From NCBI GenBank assembly GCA_958009085.1, contig OY253682.1, forward strand, positions 124,001 through 188,000: a stretch of 64,000 nt of DNA, read 5' to 3'. This document shows, piece by piece, positions 1 through 12,819 of the stretch (positions are counted from its first letter, which is position 1; every line of letters begins with the position of its first letter). Position numbers and translations under genes: made by a program. Source of the stretch: Protoeuglena noctilucae (taxonomy: Eukaryota). The notes under the pieces are model-generated. The model had not been told where the DNA came from, made no database searches, and worked only from the letters and a program-made list of their open reading frames with translations.

Positions 1-2906
1 GTCCCCCTCGATGCCGTGCCCGGCCGCCCATCCCTTGATGGTCTTCTCGTTGGGCAGCACCACCGCCACCACGTACTTCTCCGACGGCTGCGAACAGGAT
101 CGCTTGAATTATTTACATCTTAGCCAGGTGCTAGCGCGTCTCCTCCGCCGCTGCGGGCCCTCACCTCTCCGTGGACGAACATCTGCTCCACCGCCGCGTT
201 CTTCTGCAAGACGGACTCCACGTACTGCAGGGGCGATTAAAGTGCATTGAGTAAGCACAACTACTGCACCAGGAGCTGCTGCAGTCGTTCCAAAAGCACC
301 GCATGTGATCAATCGGCTCCCTTGTCGCTCACCTCGGGTGCGATGTACTCCCCCTGCGCGAGCTTGAAGATGTTCTTGAGTCGGTCGATGATGCGGAGCG
401 CCCCGTTGCTCTGAATCTCCCCCACGTCGCCCGTGTGGAACCATCCGTCCCTGCGAGCACCACGCAACGCAGCGTTGCGGTCCAGCCCTAACGTGCTGCG
501 ATGTAGCCCTGCAAAACCCGACCAGCTCTTACTTGAGCGCGCTCTCCGTCTCTGTCTTGTCCTTGTAGTATCCCTGGAAGAGCCCCGTCCCGCGGATGAG
601 GATCTCCCCGCGCGGGGGGTCCCCCCGAGCGTCATAGTCCATCTCTGGCAGACTCTCAAGACAGAATTCGGTGCCAGGGGTCGGGAAACCGACCGTCCCG
701 AAGAAGTCCTACCACTCGGCGCCGATGAAGGACGCCGCGCACGTCTCTGCGCGGGGGGGCAGAGGGCAGAGGTGGGGGTGGGGGCGAGGGGAGCGCATGC
801 CATGGCATGCCACACGGTGCGACAGGATGTCCACCCCAGCAGCGATAACACTGTAAGCTGAGCCAGTGCATCGGTGATAGTCAAGATGCGACTGCAAAGC
901 TCTCCACAGCGCAGGCTGAGCCAGCGCACCTGGCAGCCCTTGCCAAAGCCCATTCCCTACCAGCCCTTACCGGAAAACCTTACCCCTCCCCCGCACCCTT
1001 GCTGGCACCCGTCACCCGTGAGCCCGTACCCTCATATCCCTGCCCATCCCTGCCCCCCTACCATCGCTCACCCGTAAGCCCGTACCCCTGCGCAAACTTG
1101 GCCCCCAGCGCCACACGCACGAACTCCTCGATGTGCGCGGGCATCGCCGCGGCGCCAGACACCACCACGCGCACCCGCCCGCCCAGCCTGGCGTGGATGT
1201 CAGAAAACGCCAGCCAGTCTGCCAGAGGCGAGGCGGTGTCCACGGGGAACCCCTCCATGAGGAAACTCCGTTTGCGCGAGAAGGCCCACTGGTAGACGGT
1301 GCGCCGCAGGACGCTCTTGCTGAGCTGCGACTGGACGGCCTGGTAGATGCGGTCGAAGATGCGAGGGACCCCGGGCAGCACAGTGGGCTGCAGCTTGGCC
1401 AGGTCATCCATCAAACCCCGCACGTGGCCCCGCCAGTACCCGATGGCGCATCCGCAGAAGGTCATCATGTCCTCGCAGGCCCGCTCGAAGATGTGGGCGA
1501 GCGGGAGATAGGAAATCATAACGTCGCCCGCCCACTCGATGTCCGCGCACTGCTTGGTCATGTGCATGAGCGAGAAGAGGACGTGCACGAGCGAGCGGTG
1601 CGTGAGCATGACGCCCTTGGGGTTGCCCGTGGTGCCCGACGTGTACATGATGGTCGACAGGTCGTCGGCGGAGGGCGGGTCCGGGGGGGCCGGAGACTCG
1701 TGGCCCTGCACCATAAACTCGCTGAAGGACGCTGCGTAGGGGGGAAAGAGAGAGTAATAAGTAAAGAACATGTGAGAGGCAAGGAACGCTGAGACTGTGC
1801 CATATCATAGAAGATACGCAACATTACAGCCAGCCAGGGCGGGCAGGCAAGCGTGTATCGGTGACTTACCCAAGCATGCACAAGCATGTGCAGGGGTGGT
1901 GCGTTATGTAAGGACCACGCATGCGCGCATCAGCAGTCTCTGCAATCTCTCACCGGTCCGCACATTCGTGGGGATCTTGGAGAGCTCTTCCTGCCCAGGC
2001 GCACCCCAGTGCACGACCACCGCCAGCCCCGACTTGGGCAGGGCGCCGGACAGGGCAGCGACCTTGGCGGCGGACACGAAGGCAGCCTTGGCCTCCGAAT
2101 GCTGAAGGATGTACTGCGCTGCTGTGGGACCCAGCGTGTCGTACACTGCGGGGGTGCGTGAGGTGGAGAGGTTGCTGTGGCTGAGGAGGCATTGCTGTGG
2201 CTGGGCGAGGTGTGATATGCCACAGCTGGGAGGTGGAGGTGTTGCTGTGGCTGAGCCGGGAGTGAAACGGCGACCAGCTTGGGTAAACCTGCGCGTGGGC
2301 TCACCGGGCACGCAGACGAGTCCCATGCGGTTGCAGGCCTGCATGGTCACCATCCACTCGGGGCTGTTGACCCCGTAGATGCACACCTGCGAGAGGCCGC
2401 TGCAACTTGTTTGCGTGGCTCTTGCGTGGCTCTTGCGCTGCAGTATAGAGGCGAAACGCATCGCGCTGCAGCCCCAGCGCCGCACCTTGTCGCCCTTCTT
2501 GAGCCCCGCCTTGCGCATCGCCGACCCAATCTGCTCCACCATTTGGAAGGCCTCTCCGTAAGAGTACCACTTGAAGCCCTCGTCATCGTTGGGACGATAC
2601 CCTGCACAAGTGCGCAGCAACACCCTTCTGCGAGTTATGCTCCAATGCATCGCGTAGATTATGCATCGGTGCAATAACTTTTTGCAGCCGCTGCTCACCG
2701 ACGAACTTTTGGTCCCGGAAGCGCTCGCAGGCGGACGAGAAGGTCTCCCAAAGCGTCTGGTGCTCCTTCACGCCCTTGAGGTGGACGGGGCCCTTCTCAG
2801 CCACCTCGAAATTGCCATATGCGGCCGACCGCGTCTTGGTGGCCGGCTCTACCTCGCCAATCCACCTGCGGGCCCCACGCATGCGCACGGGCGCGTCACG
2901 CATCAT
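1..2906 (-). CDS. LACS: Long-chain acyl-CoA synthetase, copy 1 (multi-exon; 3' end runs off window, first exon unresolved)
   Basis: Exons encode [14 protein letters not shown] (AMP-binding), [55 protein letters not shown] junctions join them in frame. Confidence 0.93.
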
Positions 2907-3440
2907 GCTCCGCTATCGAAGGCCGGGGGCGACGTGGACAAGCATGAAGCTGCTTACAAGAAGGCGATGTATTATAACATCCCAACTTCAGCCCCATAAC
3001 CGGCCCAGGGGCGTCGGTTGCTGGGCCAGCCCTACCGGCCCCTGCGACACTCGCCCTCCGCACCCTCGGCAGGCGCGGAAGGTCCAGTCCGCACATTCGC
3101 ATGCGATTTATGCGCTGTGTGACTTCGATGGCGACGCGCGCCCCTCGTCAAGCGGGCCGGGGCTCGACCTCGGTCCAGACGAGCGGGCTCACCATCGCGC
3201 CGGCGACGACGATATTCGCGGGCGGTATCGGTCGTACACTTGCGCGCGCAACCCACCTCGAGGGTCGTTGCGGGACGGAGGCCTCCATGGCTCGCTATCC
3301 TCAGCCTGGCCGTCTCGTAGCGAGGCGCTGGGCGAACAGTCCGACTTCAACGACGAGAGTGGCCGCGCAATGCTCAGTAACGCGGCTGCGGTCCTCCCGG
3401 CTGCACATCAATTTGCTGGTCTGGCGTCTGACGTGCCGGG

Positions 3441-6400
3441 TCACTTCCCGTACATGGCGTTGAGCTCCTTGAGGTACCTCTTCTTGAGCTGCGGCCGGCG
3501 CAGCTTGAACGTGGGCGTCATGAGGTCGTTCTCGACCGTGAAGGCCTCGGGCGTCACGTGGACCTTCTTGATCATCTCGAAGCCCCGCAGCTTGGCCTCC
3601 CGCCCCGTGGCCTCCAGCTCCTCCATCACCCACTTGTTGGCGGCCGGGTGGGCGCAAAGAGCGGCGAAGTCCCCCTCGATGCCGTTGGATGCGGCCCACT
3701 TCTTGATCGCGCCCTCGCTCGGCACCACCACCGCCACCACGTACGTCTCGGTGGACTGCAAGGGGGGTGGAGAGGGTGGCATTCGGTGTTCTGCAATGAG
3801 ATCATACCAGGTACATCTCCGTAGATTGCAAGGGGGGTGGAGAGGGTGGCACTGAGCGTTCTGCAGTGAGAGCATACCAGCTACGTCTCGGTGGACTGCA
3901 AGTGGTGGCAACAAGAGTGGCAGAAAGGGTGGGAAGGGTGGCAGTCGATGTCTGCAATGATAGCCGACTGGGGTGGCGAGGGTGATAAGGCAATACCAAT
4001 AGCAGGCTCACCTCCCCGTAGACGAAGATCTGGTCCATGTTGGTGTTCTTCTTGAGGGCCGCCTCCACCACCTCGCTCGACACGTACTCCCCCTGCGCCA
4101 GCTTGAACATGTTCTTGGCACGGTCGATGATCTTCAAGGCGCCGTTCTCCTGCACCTCGCCCACGTCGCCCGTGCGGAACCACTCCCCGCTGCGAGGGGT
4201 GGGGGAGGCAAGGGTGAGGGGGCACTGGTACAGGTGAGCGCATGAAAGTATGAAAGTGGTATGGTCGACAGTTGCAGCCAGGACCTCAAGCCAGGCACCC
4301 CCAGCCAACAGCAAACCTCAGCCCACGTAGCCCCACTCACGATCCCCCATGCATCTCACCTGAACGTCTCTGCCGTCTTGGCCTGGTCCTTGAAGTACCC
4401 CGCGAACACCCCCGGCCCACGGAGCAGGATCTCGCCCCTCGGGGGGTCCGCGGTCGCATTGTAGCCCATCTCCGGGAGGCTCTCCAGGCAGAACTCGGTG
4501 CCTGCCGTGGGGAACCCGGCCGTCTGGAAGAAGCCGTCCCAGACCTCGGCGTCGACGAAGGACGCCGCACACGTCTCTGTGAGGGGGATGGGGTGTGGGG
4601 TGGGGGGTGAGGGGTGCGGGAGAGGGTGAGGGTGAGGGCAGGGGGTGGAGGGTGGGGGGTGAGCGGTGAGGGTGAGGGAGGGGGTTGGTGAGGAGGGACG
4701 GGCGCGGAGGGGAGGAGGGTGAGGGGTGAGGAACGTGGATGGCAGGCATCCGTCACTCTTGAGCCCATACCCCTGCACCCACCCTTGACAACACCCTTCA
4801 CCCCTGCCCATGCATCATCCCTCACCCGTGGGGCCGTACCCCTGCACCCACTCTTAGCACCAGTCACCCAAACCCGTTCACCCCTTCCCATACACCATCT
4901 CACCTGTGAGCCCGTACCCCTGCACGAACTTGGCGCACATTGCGACACGCACGAACTCCTCCGTGTGCCTGGCGATAGGCGCCCCGCCGGAGACGATGAC
5001 GCGCACGCGGCCGCCGAGCAGCCCCTTGATCTTGGAGAAGACGATGGTGTCCGCCAGCCACGAGGCGGACTCGACCGGGGCCCCGTCCATCATGAAGGCC
5101 TTCTTGCGGGAGAAGAGCCAGTTGAAGAGGAGGCGGCGGAGGAGGCTCTGCTGCAGGCCCTGCTGCACGCGGGCGTAGATGCGGTCGAACACGCGGGGAA
5201 CGCCCAGGAGCATCGTGGGGCGGAGGGCTGCCAGGTCGTCCATCAGCCCCGCGATGTCGCCGCGCCAGTAGCCGATGGACCCCCCGACGTGCGTGAAGAG
5301 CTCCTCGTTGACCCGCTCGAAGATGTGGGCGAGGGGGAGGTAGGAGATGAGCACGTCGTCCTGGGTGAAGACGAGGTCGGCGCACTGGCGGCTGTGGCAG
5401 ATGAGGGAGTAGACGGTGTGGACGAGCGAGCGATGCGTGAGCATGACGCCCTTGGGGTCGCCCGTAGTGCCCGACGTGTACATGATGGTCGACAGGTCGT
5501 CGGCGGAGGGCGGGGTCGCAGGGGTCATGGACGCCTTGCCCTGCTCGATGAACTGGTCGCAGGAGGCTGCGGGGGGTGAGGGGGAGAATGGTGAGTGCTG
5601 TCATGGTGATCGTTGTCACGAGCAAGCGCAGTCGTGGGCGAGCGTCGTGCAGACGGAGGGTCCACAGCGACCGCACGCAGCACGCAGCACATTGCCTTTG
5701 ACAAGACTGTCTAGTACGAGCGTCACATCGCCAGCCACGCACCCGTCTTGAGCGTGGAGGGGACCTTGGCGATCTCCTCCGCGGACGCGCTGCCCCAGTA
5801 TACCACGGTGGTCACGCCCGTCTTGGGCAGAGCGGCGGCCAGGGCACCAAGCTTCTTAGAGGACACGAACACCGCCTTGGCCTCCGAGTGGCTCAGAATG
5901 TACTCGGCGGCGTTGGGGCCAAGTGACTCGTAGACTGGGGGGGTGGACAGAGGGAGGGACTGGTGGGTTGTGGGGCAGGGGACGGGGGAGGTGGGAGGAG
6001 TTGTGACGCAATGTGCAATACGCCTGGATGTGCATCCCATGCGGGGGCGCTCGCGTGGCACAGTCGGCATGCTATCAGTGCGTCATGTGACGTTGGCCCA
6101 GCGTGAGCGGCCGGTGCTGCATGGCTGCATGGCTCACCGGGCACGCAGACGAGGCCCATGCGGTTGCAAGCCTGCATGGCCATCAGCCACTCGGGGGCGT
6201 TGGATCCGAAGATGCCGACCTGCGGGGGAACTGCCGAGGGCGATTCTGCAGCGGGGCTGCGGGGACCGGGGCCGCGGGGCTGCCCCTGTCGCGCCCACCC
6301 ACCTTGTCGCCCTTTTTGACGCCAGCGGCCGCGAGCGCGGAGCCCAGGGCCTCAACCATGGCGAAGACCTCCGAGTACGTGAGCCACGTGTAGGGAGATG

Positions 6401-6673
6401 AGCCGTCCGCACGCTGTCCTGCGCGTGCGGGGAGAGGGGCGCCGTTGCGAGGCGTGAAGTTGGTCCACGACGTGCGGGCCGGCTCCCATCGGCGCCCCTG
6501 CGCGCACCGAGGTAGTTCCTGGGCCCATTCTTGGCGCAGGAGAGGCGGAAGTTGTCCCACAGCGTCTCCACGTCCGCGCCGGCCATGTGGATCGCGCCGT
6601 GCTTGGCGCACTCGTAGTTGGCGAACACCGGGGAGCGGTTGGCGGTCGCGGGGCCGACCTCCCCGACCCATCT
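3441..6673 (-). CDS. LACS: Long-chain acyl-CoA synthetase, copy 2 (tandem paralog; first exon upstream of 6673 unresolved)
   Basis: [51 protein letters not shown]-terminal ENDLMTPTFKLRRPQL then TGA at 3441-3443; intron positions largely shared with copy 1. Confidence 0.94.
3741..3901. repeat. ~70-bp tandem repeat (about 2.3 copies) spanning the LACS2 last 3' splice site
   Basis: Units start at 3741, 3811 and 3881 (tacgtctcggtggactgcaag...). Confidence 0.9.
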
Positions 6674-7638
6674 GCGGCAGGGACGGTCCGCGTGGGCTCC
6701 GATCGGCGGAATATCGGCGCGTCAGGGGCCATTGACAACCAGGGGCTCGCTGCACTCGTATGGCGCGCGATCCGCAGCTCTCTTGCAACGACAGGCTCGT
6801 TAATTGCGGCATCGTGAGGGAGCAGCGGTGTGCTGTTGACCAGCTCTCGCAGGCTCGACGGACGGAGCTCTTTCCTCCACCGTCGACGGCCCAGCGGGGC
6901 ATGCGGCAGCGAAACCGCCGTATCCATTTCAATTACAGGGGTTTGAGCGACAGGAGACGTCGCTGGACCTTGCAATGCGCCAGCCAGGACGGGGAGCCCT
7001 CGGGGCGAAAGGGGATGGGGAAAAGCGCCGTCCCCAGTGCCTCACCGCGGGAAGCCATCCGGCAGACGCCTGACCATCTTGCTTTGCTGCCCCTCGGAGC
7101 CCTGGGGCGCGGAAAAGGCGAGACTTTCCCAGCGGGCCTCGACGCACCGCGCTGTTTGTTGCGGACTGCAAGGTGCTGGCCTTCCCGTGCCCTGCTGGTC
7201 CGTTTTTTTGGTGCCAGTTGGGCCGGTGTTTGAATTGAGTTTAGTTCCCGCCATGAGACAGCCTCGTGTGGGCCTCGCGGGCCGCACTCGACTCCGTTGA
7301 CACGAGAAGTGCCTGGAACGCGTATGGTGCGGTCCCCATCGCTAGGCGAGTGAAAAGATATCGATATCCTCCGCTCCCGCGCACCGTTCGTCACAAAGCT
7401 GGTCGCGATTGATTTGACTATAAAATTGATGCCAAAAAGCTGTCCTTGGAACCTCCGAGGACCCATGGACGCGCGGGTTGGCCCGAGGAGGCGTTTACAG
7501 ACGCTCCCCGCACTCGCTTGCCCGTCTCGGCCTCTTGTGAGCATCCGACCGGCGATTCCATCCGTCCGTGCGTGCAGGACTGGAGCCCGCTTCACACATT
7601 CCCGCGCCGACGCGCGGAGAGGCCGGTGCGGAGCGAGG

Positions 7639-10600
7639 ATGGTCTCCATGACCGCCTCGGCCCTTGGGGCCGCGATCCTCACGAACGGCGTCCTCGCGGC
7701 CATCTTCCTCACCCTCTTCTCGGTGCTGAGGATCCTGCCGCAGACCAGGGACTTCTATCAGTCGCGCGTGCTGGTGGGCAGCCCCGGCAGTTACAGCCTG
7801 GCCCATCCCTGCGCCCCTGCGCCTCGCGGCCGCGTATCGCCGGCCCACACCCGTTCGCACCCTCTTCGCAGGCGAAGAGCGTGGTCCGGAGACCACCGCC
7901 GCTGCCCGTGGTCCCGTTCCTGCGGTCCCTGAGCCCGTTCGCGTGGCTCCCGACCCTCCTACGCATGAGCGAAGGCGAGCGCGCACCCGGAAACTAAGCT
8001 ATTCCTCCATTCCTCGCAACTGTTCATTCGCGAACCATTCCCGCGCCCCGCCTCGCCCCCAGACATGCTCGGCGACACGTCGGGCCTCGACTCGCTCCTC
8101 GCCGTCCGCATGCTGCGCTTCGGGCGCATCCTCTTCCTCGGCATCTCCGCCCTCTCCCTCGTCATCATCCTCCCCGCCAACCTCTCGGGCCACCAGGTCG
8201 CCGCCTTGGGTCTCAAGGACCTCGACCGCGCCTCGATCGCCAACGTCGCGGATGGCGCCACCGTCCTCTGGGCCCACGCCGTCTTCCTCTGCCTCGCCAC
8301 GCTCTTTACGCTCGCGCTCCTCGACCGATTCTCCACCGGGTCCGTCGCCCTGCGCCTCCGGTTCCAAGCCACAGAGCCCCCGGGGGGGCCGGGCACCACT
8401 GTGATGGTCAGCGACATGCCCGGCACGGCCGCCGGCACGCGCATCACGCGCGCCCTGAGCTACCTCGACACGGGTGCGTGGTTCATCCCCGCCTTCATTC
8501 GCCGACGCCTCATCGCCCGCCTCCGCGCCGCCGCTACGGCCGTCGCTAATGCCGCCGTCGCCGGACCTGCTGCCCGGCCCGCGGCCGCCCTCGACAGCGG
8601 CGCCAGCACCGGCGCGGGCCTCCTCCCGCGCGACCTGATGCTGTCTGGAGCCGCGGCGCGGCGCGCGGGGCGGGGGGTGCTGACGGGCGGGGCCGCTCCT
8701 GGCAAGAAGGAGGGCGGGGCGGTCAGCGGGTATGCCACCCCCGCGTCTGACCCGGGGCTGGCGCCTGACAAGGGTCCCTGGATCCACGTGCGCATCCTGC
8801 AGGGGGCAGTGGACCCGCCCAGCGGCGCGGGTGCGGGGGATGGGCCCACTGACGCGCTCCTGCCGCGGCTGCCGGAGGTGAGAGCATCGGGTGGTATGTG
8901 GAGACGGCGTGGCATACAGAGTGTGTGTTGGTTGTGAAAGTAAGGGGGAGTGGGACGGTACCTGTGGAGGGCCACAAGAGGGTGGGAGAACCATAGACGG
9001 GGGTTCCCAAGAGAACAATCATCGCAGCACAGCCCTGCCCACGGCACCACCCCCTCCCCTCTCAGGTGCGCATCATGCCCGGCGCCTGGGCCGAGTCGCA
9101 GAGCCTCCTGGCGGCCGGTCTTTCGTTTGAGGAGATGGCTCGCTTAGAGCTGTTGACCGTGTACGGCGAGGAGAGCGTCACCGAGGTGTCATTCGTCAAG
9201 GACGTCAAGACCCTCGAGGCATTGAACAAGGAGTTTGAGGCGCTTAAGCAGAGGGCGGAGGTGAGGGGGGTTTGGGGGGTGGGGGTGGAGTGTGCTAGCA
9301 GGGGGCGGAGGTGAGGCAGTGCAGTGCATGGGGGTGTATGAACACTCTAGCAGAGGGCGGAGGGCTGTGGGGGCAGAGCAGCTTTGACAGACATTCCAGT
9401 CACCACTACCCCATTGCCATACTCCCATCTTCTTTTATGCAGCTCACCATCGACATCTACGCCCAGCAAGTCTCGCGCAAGGCGGCCCTGCCCGACGGCA
9501 AGGAGTCCCTCATCAAGCCCCGGCGCACCAAGGTCATCGCGGCGCTGCTGGGCGACTGGGGCAAGGAGTTCGTCACCACCAGAGGCGGCAAGCGGTCCGC
9601 GACGGTCGACACGCTCGAGTATTGTGCCGCACGGGCGAGGTACCTGAAAACGCGTATCATGGCCGAGCAGGAGGCGTGCCGGGACAGGCCGAGCCCCACG
9701 GCTTTCGTCTCGTTCCGCACTCGCGAGGCCGCGGCCGTCGCTTCCCAGGTCATGCTCCACCATGACGTCGAGTACTGGCGCGCGGGCGTGGCGCCGAGGC
9801 CGCAGGAGGCGAGGGCGGGGAAGGGCGATGTGGGATGCGATGGCACTGTGATTGCATGGGCTGGTATGTGCTGATGGGTGCGCTGTGCTTAGTCCCGACT
9901 CTCAGACATGCGGGCCTGGCCACCAACTCACCCGCATCCCCACCCCCCACCCCCCCACAGATCCTCTGGCGCAATCTGCTCCTCCGCTCCTGGGAGATGA
10001 CCCTCCGCCGCTCCCTCATGACCGCCGCCTACATCCTCCTCATCGCCTTCTACGTCATCCCGGTCACCTTCGTCCAGGGTTTCTTGGACGTCAATCGATG
10101 GGTCAACAGCCACTGGCCGGTGCTGGGAGACGTATACCGCCTGCCTGCCCTGGAGGCCTTCCTGCAGGGATTCCTGCCCGGGTTCGCCATGGTGCTCTTC
10201 CTGATCATCCTGCCGCCTCTGCTGCGGTGGTGGGAGCGCATCGGGGGCGCAAAGTCCGTGTCGGCGGTCGAGACGGCGGTGGTCACCAAGCTCTTCTGGT
10301 TCCAGGTCAGTTGATGATCAGGATGATCAGTTGTGGTAGATGTCGAGTGGATAGCATTGGAAGACACGAGTAGACGGCATGGGTGACAGGTGAGCAGAGA
10401 CGGCCGTCGACACCAAGCTCTTCTGGTTTTAGGTCAGTTGATGGTCAGTTGTAGTGCATGTCGAGTAGATGTCGAGTGGATAGCACTGGATGTAGATGGT
10501 GCGGGTGACGGGTAAGCAGAGACGGCAGTGGTGACCGAGCTCATCGCTCGCTCGCTCGCTCTCACTCTCACTCATTCCCTCACTCACCCATCTCACTAAC

Positions 10601-12156
10601 TTTCCAGGTCGTCACCCTCTTCTTCTTCAACCTGGGCGTCTCTTCTCTCGCCAAGGAGTTCCAGTCCACACTCAAGCACCCCTCCACCCTCCCCGCCAAA
10701 CTTGCCAGCAACGTCCCAGGCACTTTCTCTTTCTTCACGTCGTACATGCTGGTCGTGTCGCTTGGTGGCAACGCCTCTCAGCTGTGCAACATCGTGGGGG
10801 GCATCCTTTTCTGGGTGTTCAACAAGCTCGCCCCCACGCAGCGGACAAAGGCACGGCTGCTCGAGGTGAGATGGGATGGGTGGGGGTGTGCGTGTTTGGG
10901 GGGGTTGATTGTGGGGGTGGCAGTGGCAGTGGCAGTGGCAGTGTGTCTTGCTGAGAGGGGCGTGCAGGCATGCGTGCGTGTATTCCAGAATCGCCCTTTC
11001 ACCCACACCCACTCTCGCTCTCTCTCAGTCTCTCTCATACACACCCTTTCCCTCTTGTTATCCCCAGAACACCACCTACAGCTTCTCCTCCCGCGTCCCC
11101 TCCCACTCCATCACCGTCCTCATCTGCCTCGCCTACGCGTTCGTCACCCCAGTGCTGCCGCTGGTGAGGCGACAACATGAGACATGCGGCGCGTGCTATG
11201 ATGCTGTCTTTGCATGTTCGTCACGCCCGTCCTGCCGCTGGTGAGGGACACACATGCTCCTGCGTGCATGGCAACATGGCAACACTCACTTACCCACAGT
11301 CACTTACTCCCCACTCCCCCACCCACCCACCCACCCACCACCCACTCATCCCCCCACCCCCCAGATCGGCCTGGTCTACATGTGCATGGCCACCGTCGAG
11401 ACCAAGTACGTCGTCGCCTACATGGCAACCTCCGCATTCGACACGGGCGGCGCAATGTGGCTCCAGTTCCGATCCCACGTCCTGTCCGCCGTGGTCATTC
11501 TGCAAATCCTCGCCATCGCCGTGCTCGGGCTGAAGAAGGCCGGGGGACCTGCGGGGCTCACGCTGGCCCTCCTGGTTTGCACGATCGTGTACTGGATCGT
11601 GGCGGGCCCGGCGGCGGCGCGTCCCGTGGCGACGACGGCGCTCAAGACGGCCCAGGACATCGACGCGCTGCAGGGGGAGTGTAAAGTGTCGCAGCCGGCA
11701 GTGGGGATGTACGTGCACCCTGGGATGCGGCTGAAGGGGGAGGACTTCGATGGGGTGGCGGAGGAGGCGGAGAGGATGCTGGCAGTCATGCAGGTGAGGG
11801 TGGAGTGGTGGGCGTGGTGGAGGAGGTGGGGAGACTGTGCAGGTAAGGCGGTGTGAGGGGCAGGCGATTGTGGGAGCAGCTAAGCGGGCACAGAGCGTGG
11901 ATGGGACGTTCAAGTGCGTTGCGGCTGAACTGCACCTGCAATCGCACATCACCCGCACCCTCGCGCCCCACTCCCTCCGCGCCCCACCCTCGCACCCACA
12001 TCGCACCACCCCTCGCACCCCTCCCCACCTCTTCCCACCCTCGTCACCCCTCAGGTGTACCACCAGGGCTCCGATGGCCGCCTCCAGGCCTTGGAGATGG
12101 TCCAGAGGGCAGAGCAGGCGAGGGCAGAGGGCGCCGTCATCGACGTGGTGGTCTGA
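7639..12156 (+). CDS. OSCA/CSC1/TMEM63 (ERD4-like) mechanosensitive Ca2+-permeable channel, multi-exon
   Basis: N-terminal TM (AIFLTLFSVLR), GLDSLLAVRMLRFG, AFVSFRT, APRPQE|ILWRNL, FYVIPVTFVQG, many TM segments; TGA at 12154-12156. Confidence 0.9.
10270..10545. repeat. ~125-bp tandem repeat containing the OSCA exon end and donor site
   Basis: gagacggc...accaagctcttctggtt..aggtcagttgatg at 10270 and 10397, partial copy at 10519. Confidence 0.88.
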
Positions 12157-12819
12157 GGGGATGGGCGCCGACGGTGGTGCAAGGATCGCGAAGGTATCAC
12201 GATCGATCCCTGCGGACCTCGTTGCCTCTGAGACTGACCTTACCCAGTGTCGCGTTCCGTGTTTGCCGTTTCTGGCTCTCTCCCTCGTCCCTCGTCTCTG
12301 GCAGGACGGCGCCAGTGCCGCACGCCAGCGACGATCCCTTTCCCTTTCCCCAGCCCACTCCCGAGTGCGAATGAGTTTCCCATACCAACAGGAGCTTTCC
12401 TATACCTGTGCCCTCTCCCTTCCCGTGCCCATCCAGTGCCCAGCTGTGTCCCTCGTTTGCCCCAGTGGCCCTGCCCAGTCGCATGTGCAAGATAGCACGC
12501 ATGGCATCGATGAAGGATGATGAGAGAACAGCAGCTGCGGAGCGATGGCTTCCATCTGCCACTGCCTCACCCGGTAAAATCGTCGCTTGAATGCCCGAGC
12601 TTGGCCGGGCACTGGCAGAGGACATACCCGTGCCGGAGTCGGCGTCGCGGCCATCTCCGCAGCGCAATATCGCATCGATGCCATCGCGACCACATCCAGA
12701 CACTGCCGCTGGCGCTGAACGAGGCTGCGTACTTACTTGGCGGGAATCCATTGGGAAGCATTCAAAGCTTGCTTTCCTGCGGGGCAACGAGACGCTAAAC
12801 ACCTGGCGGGTAAGAGGCG

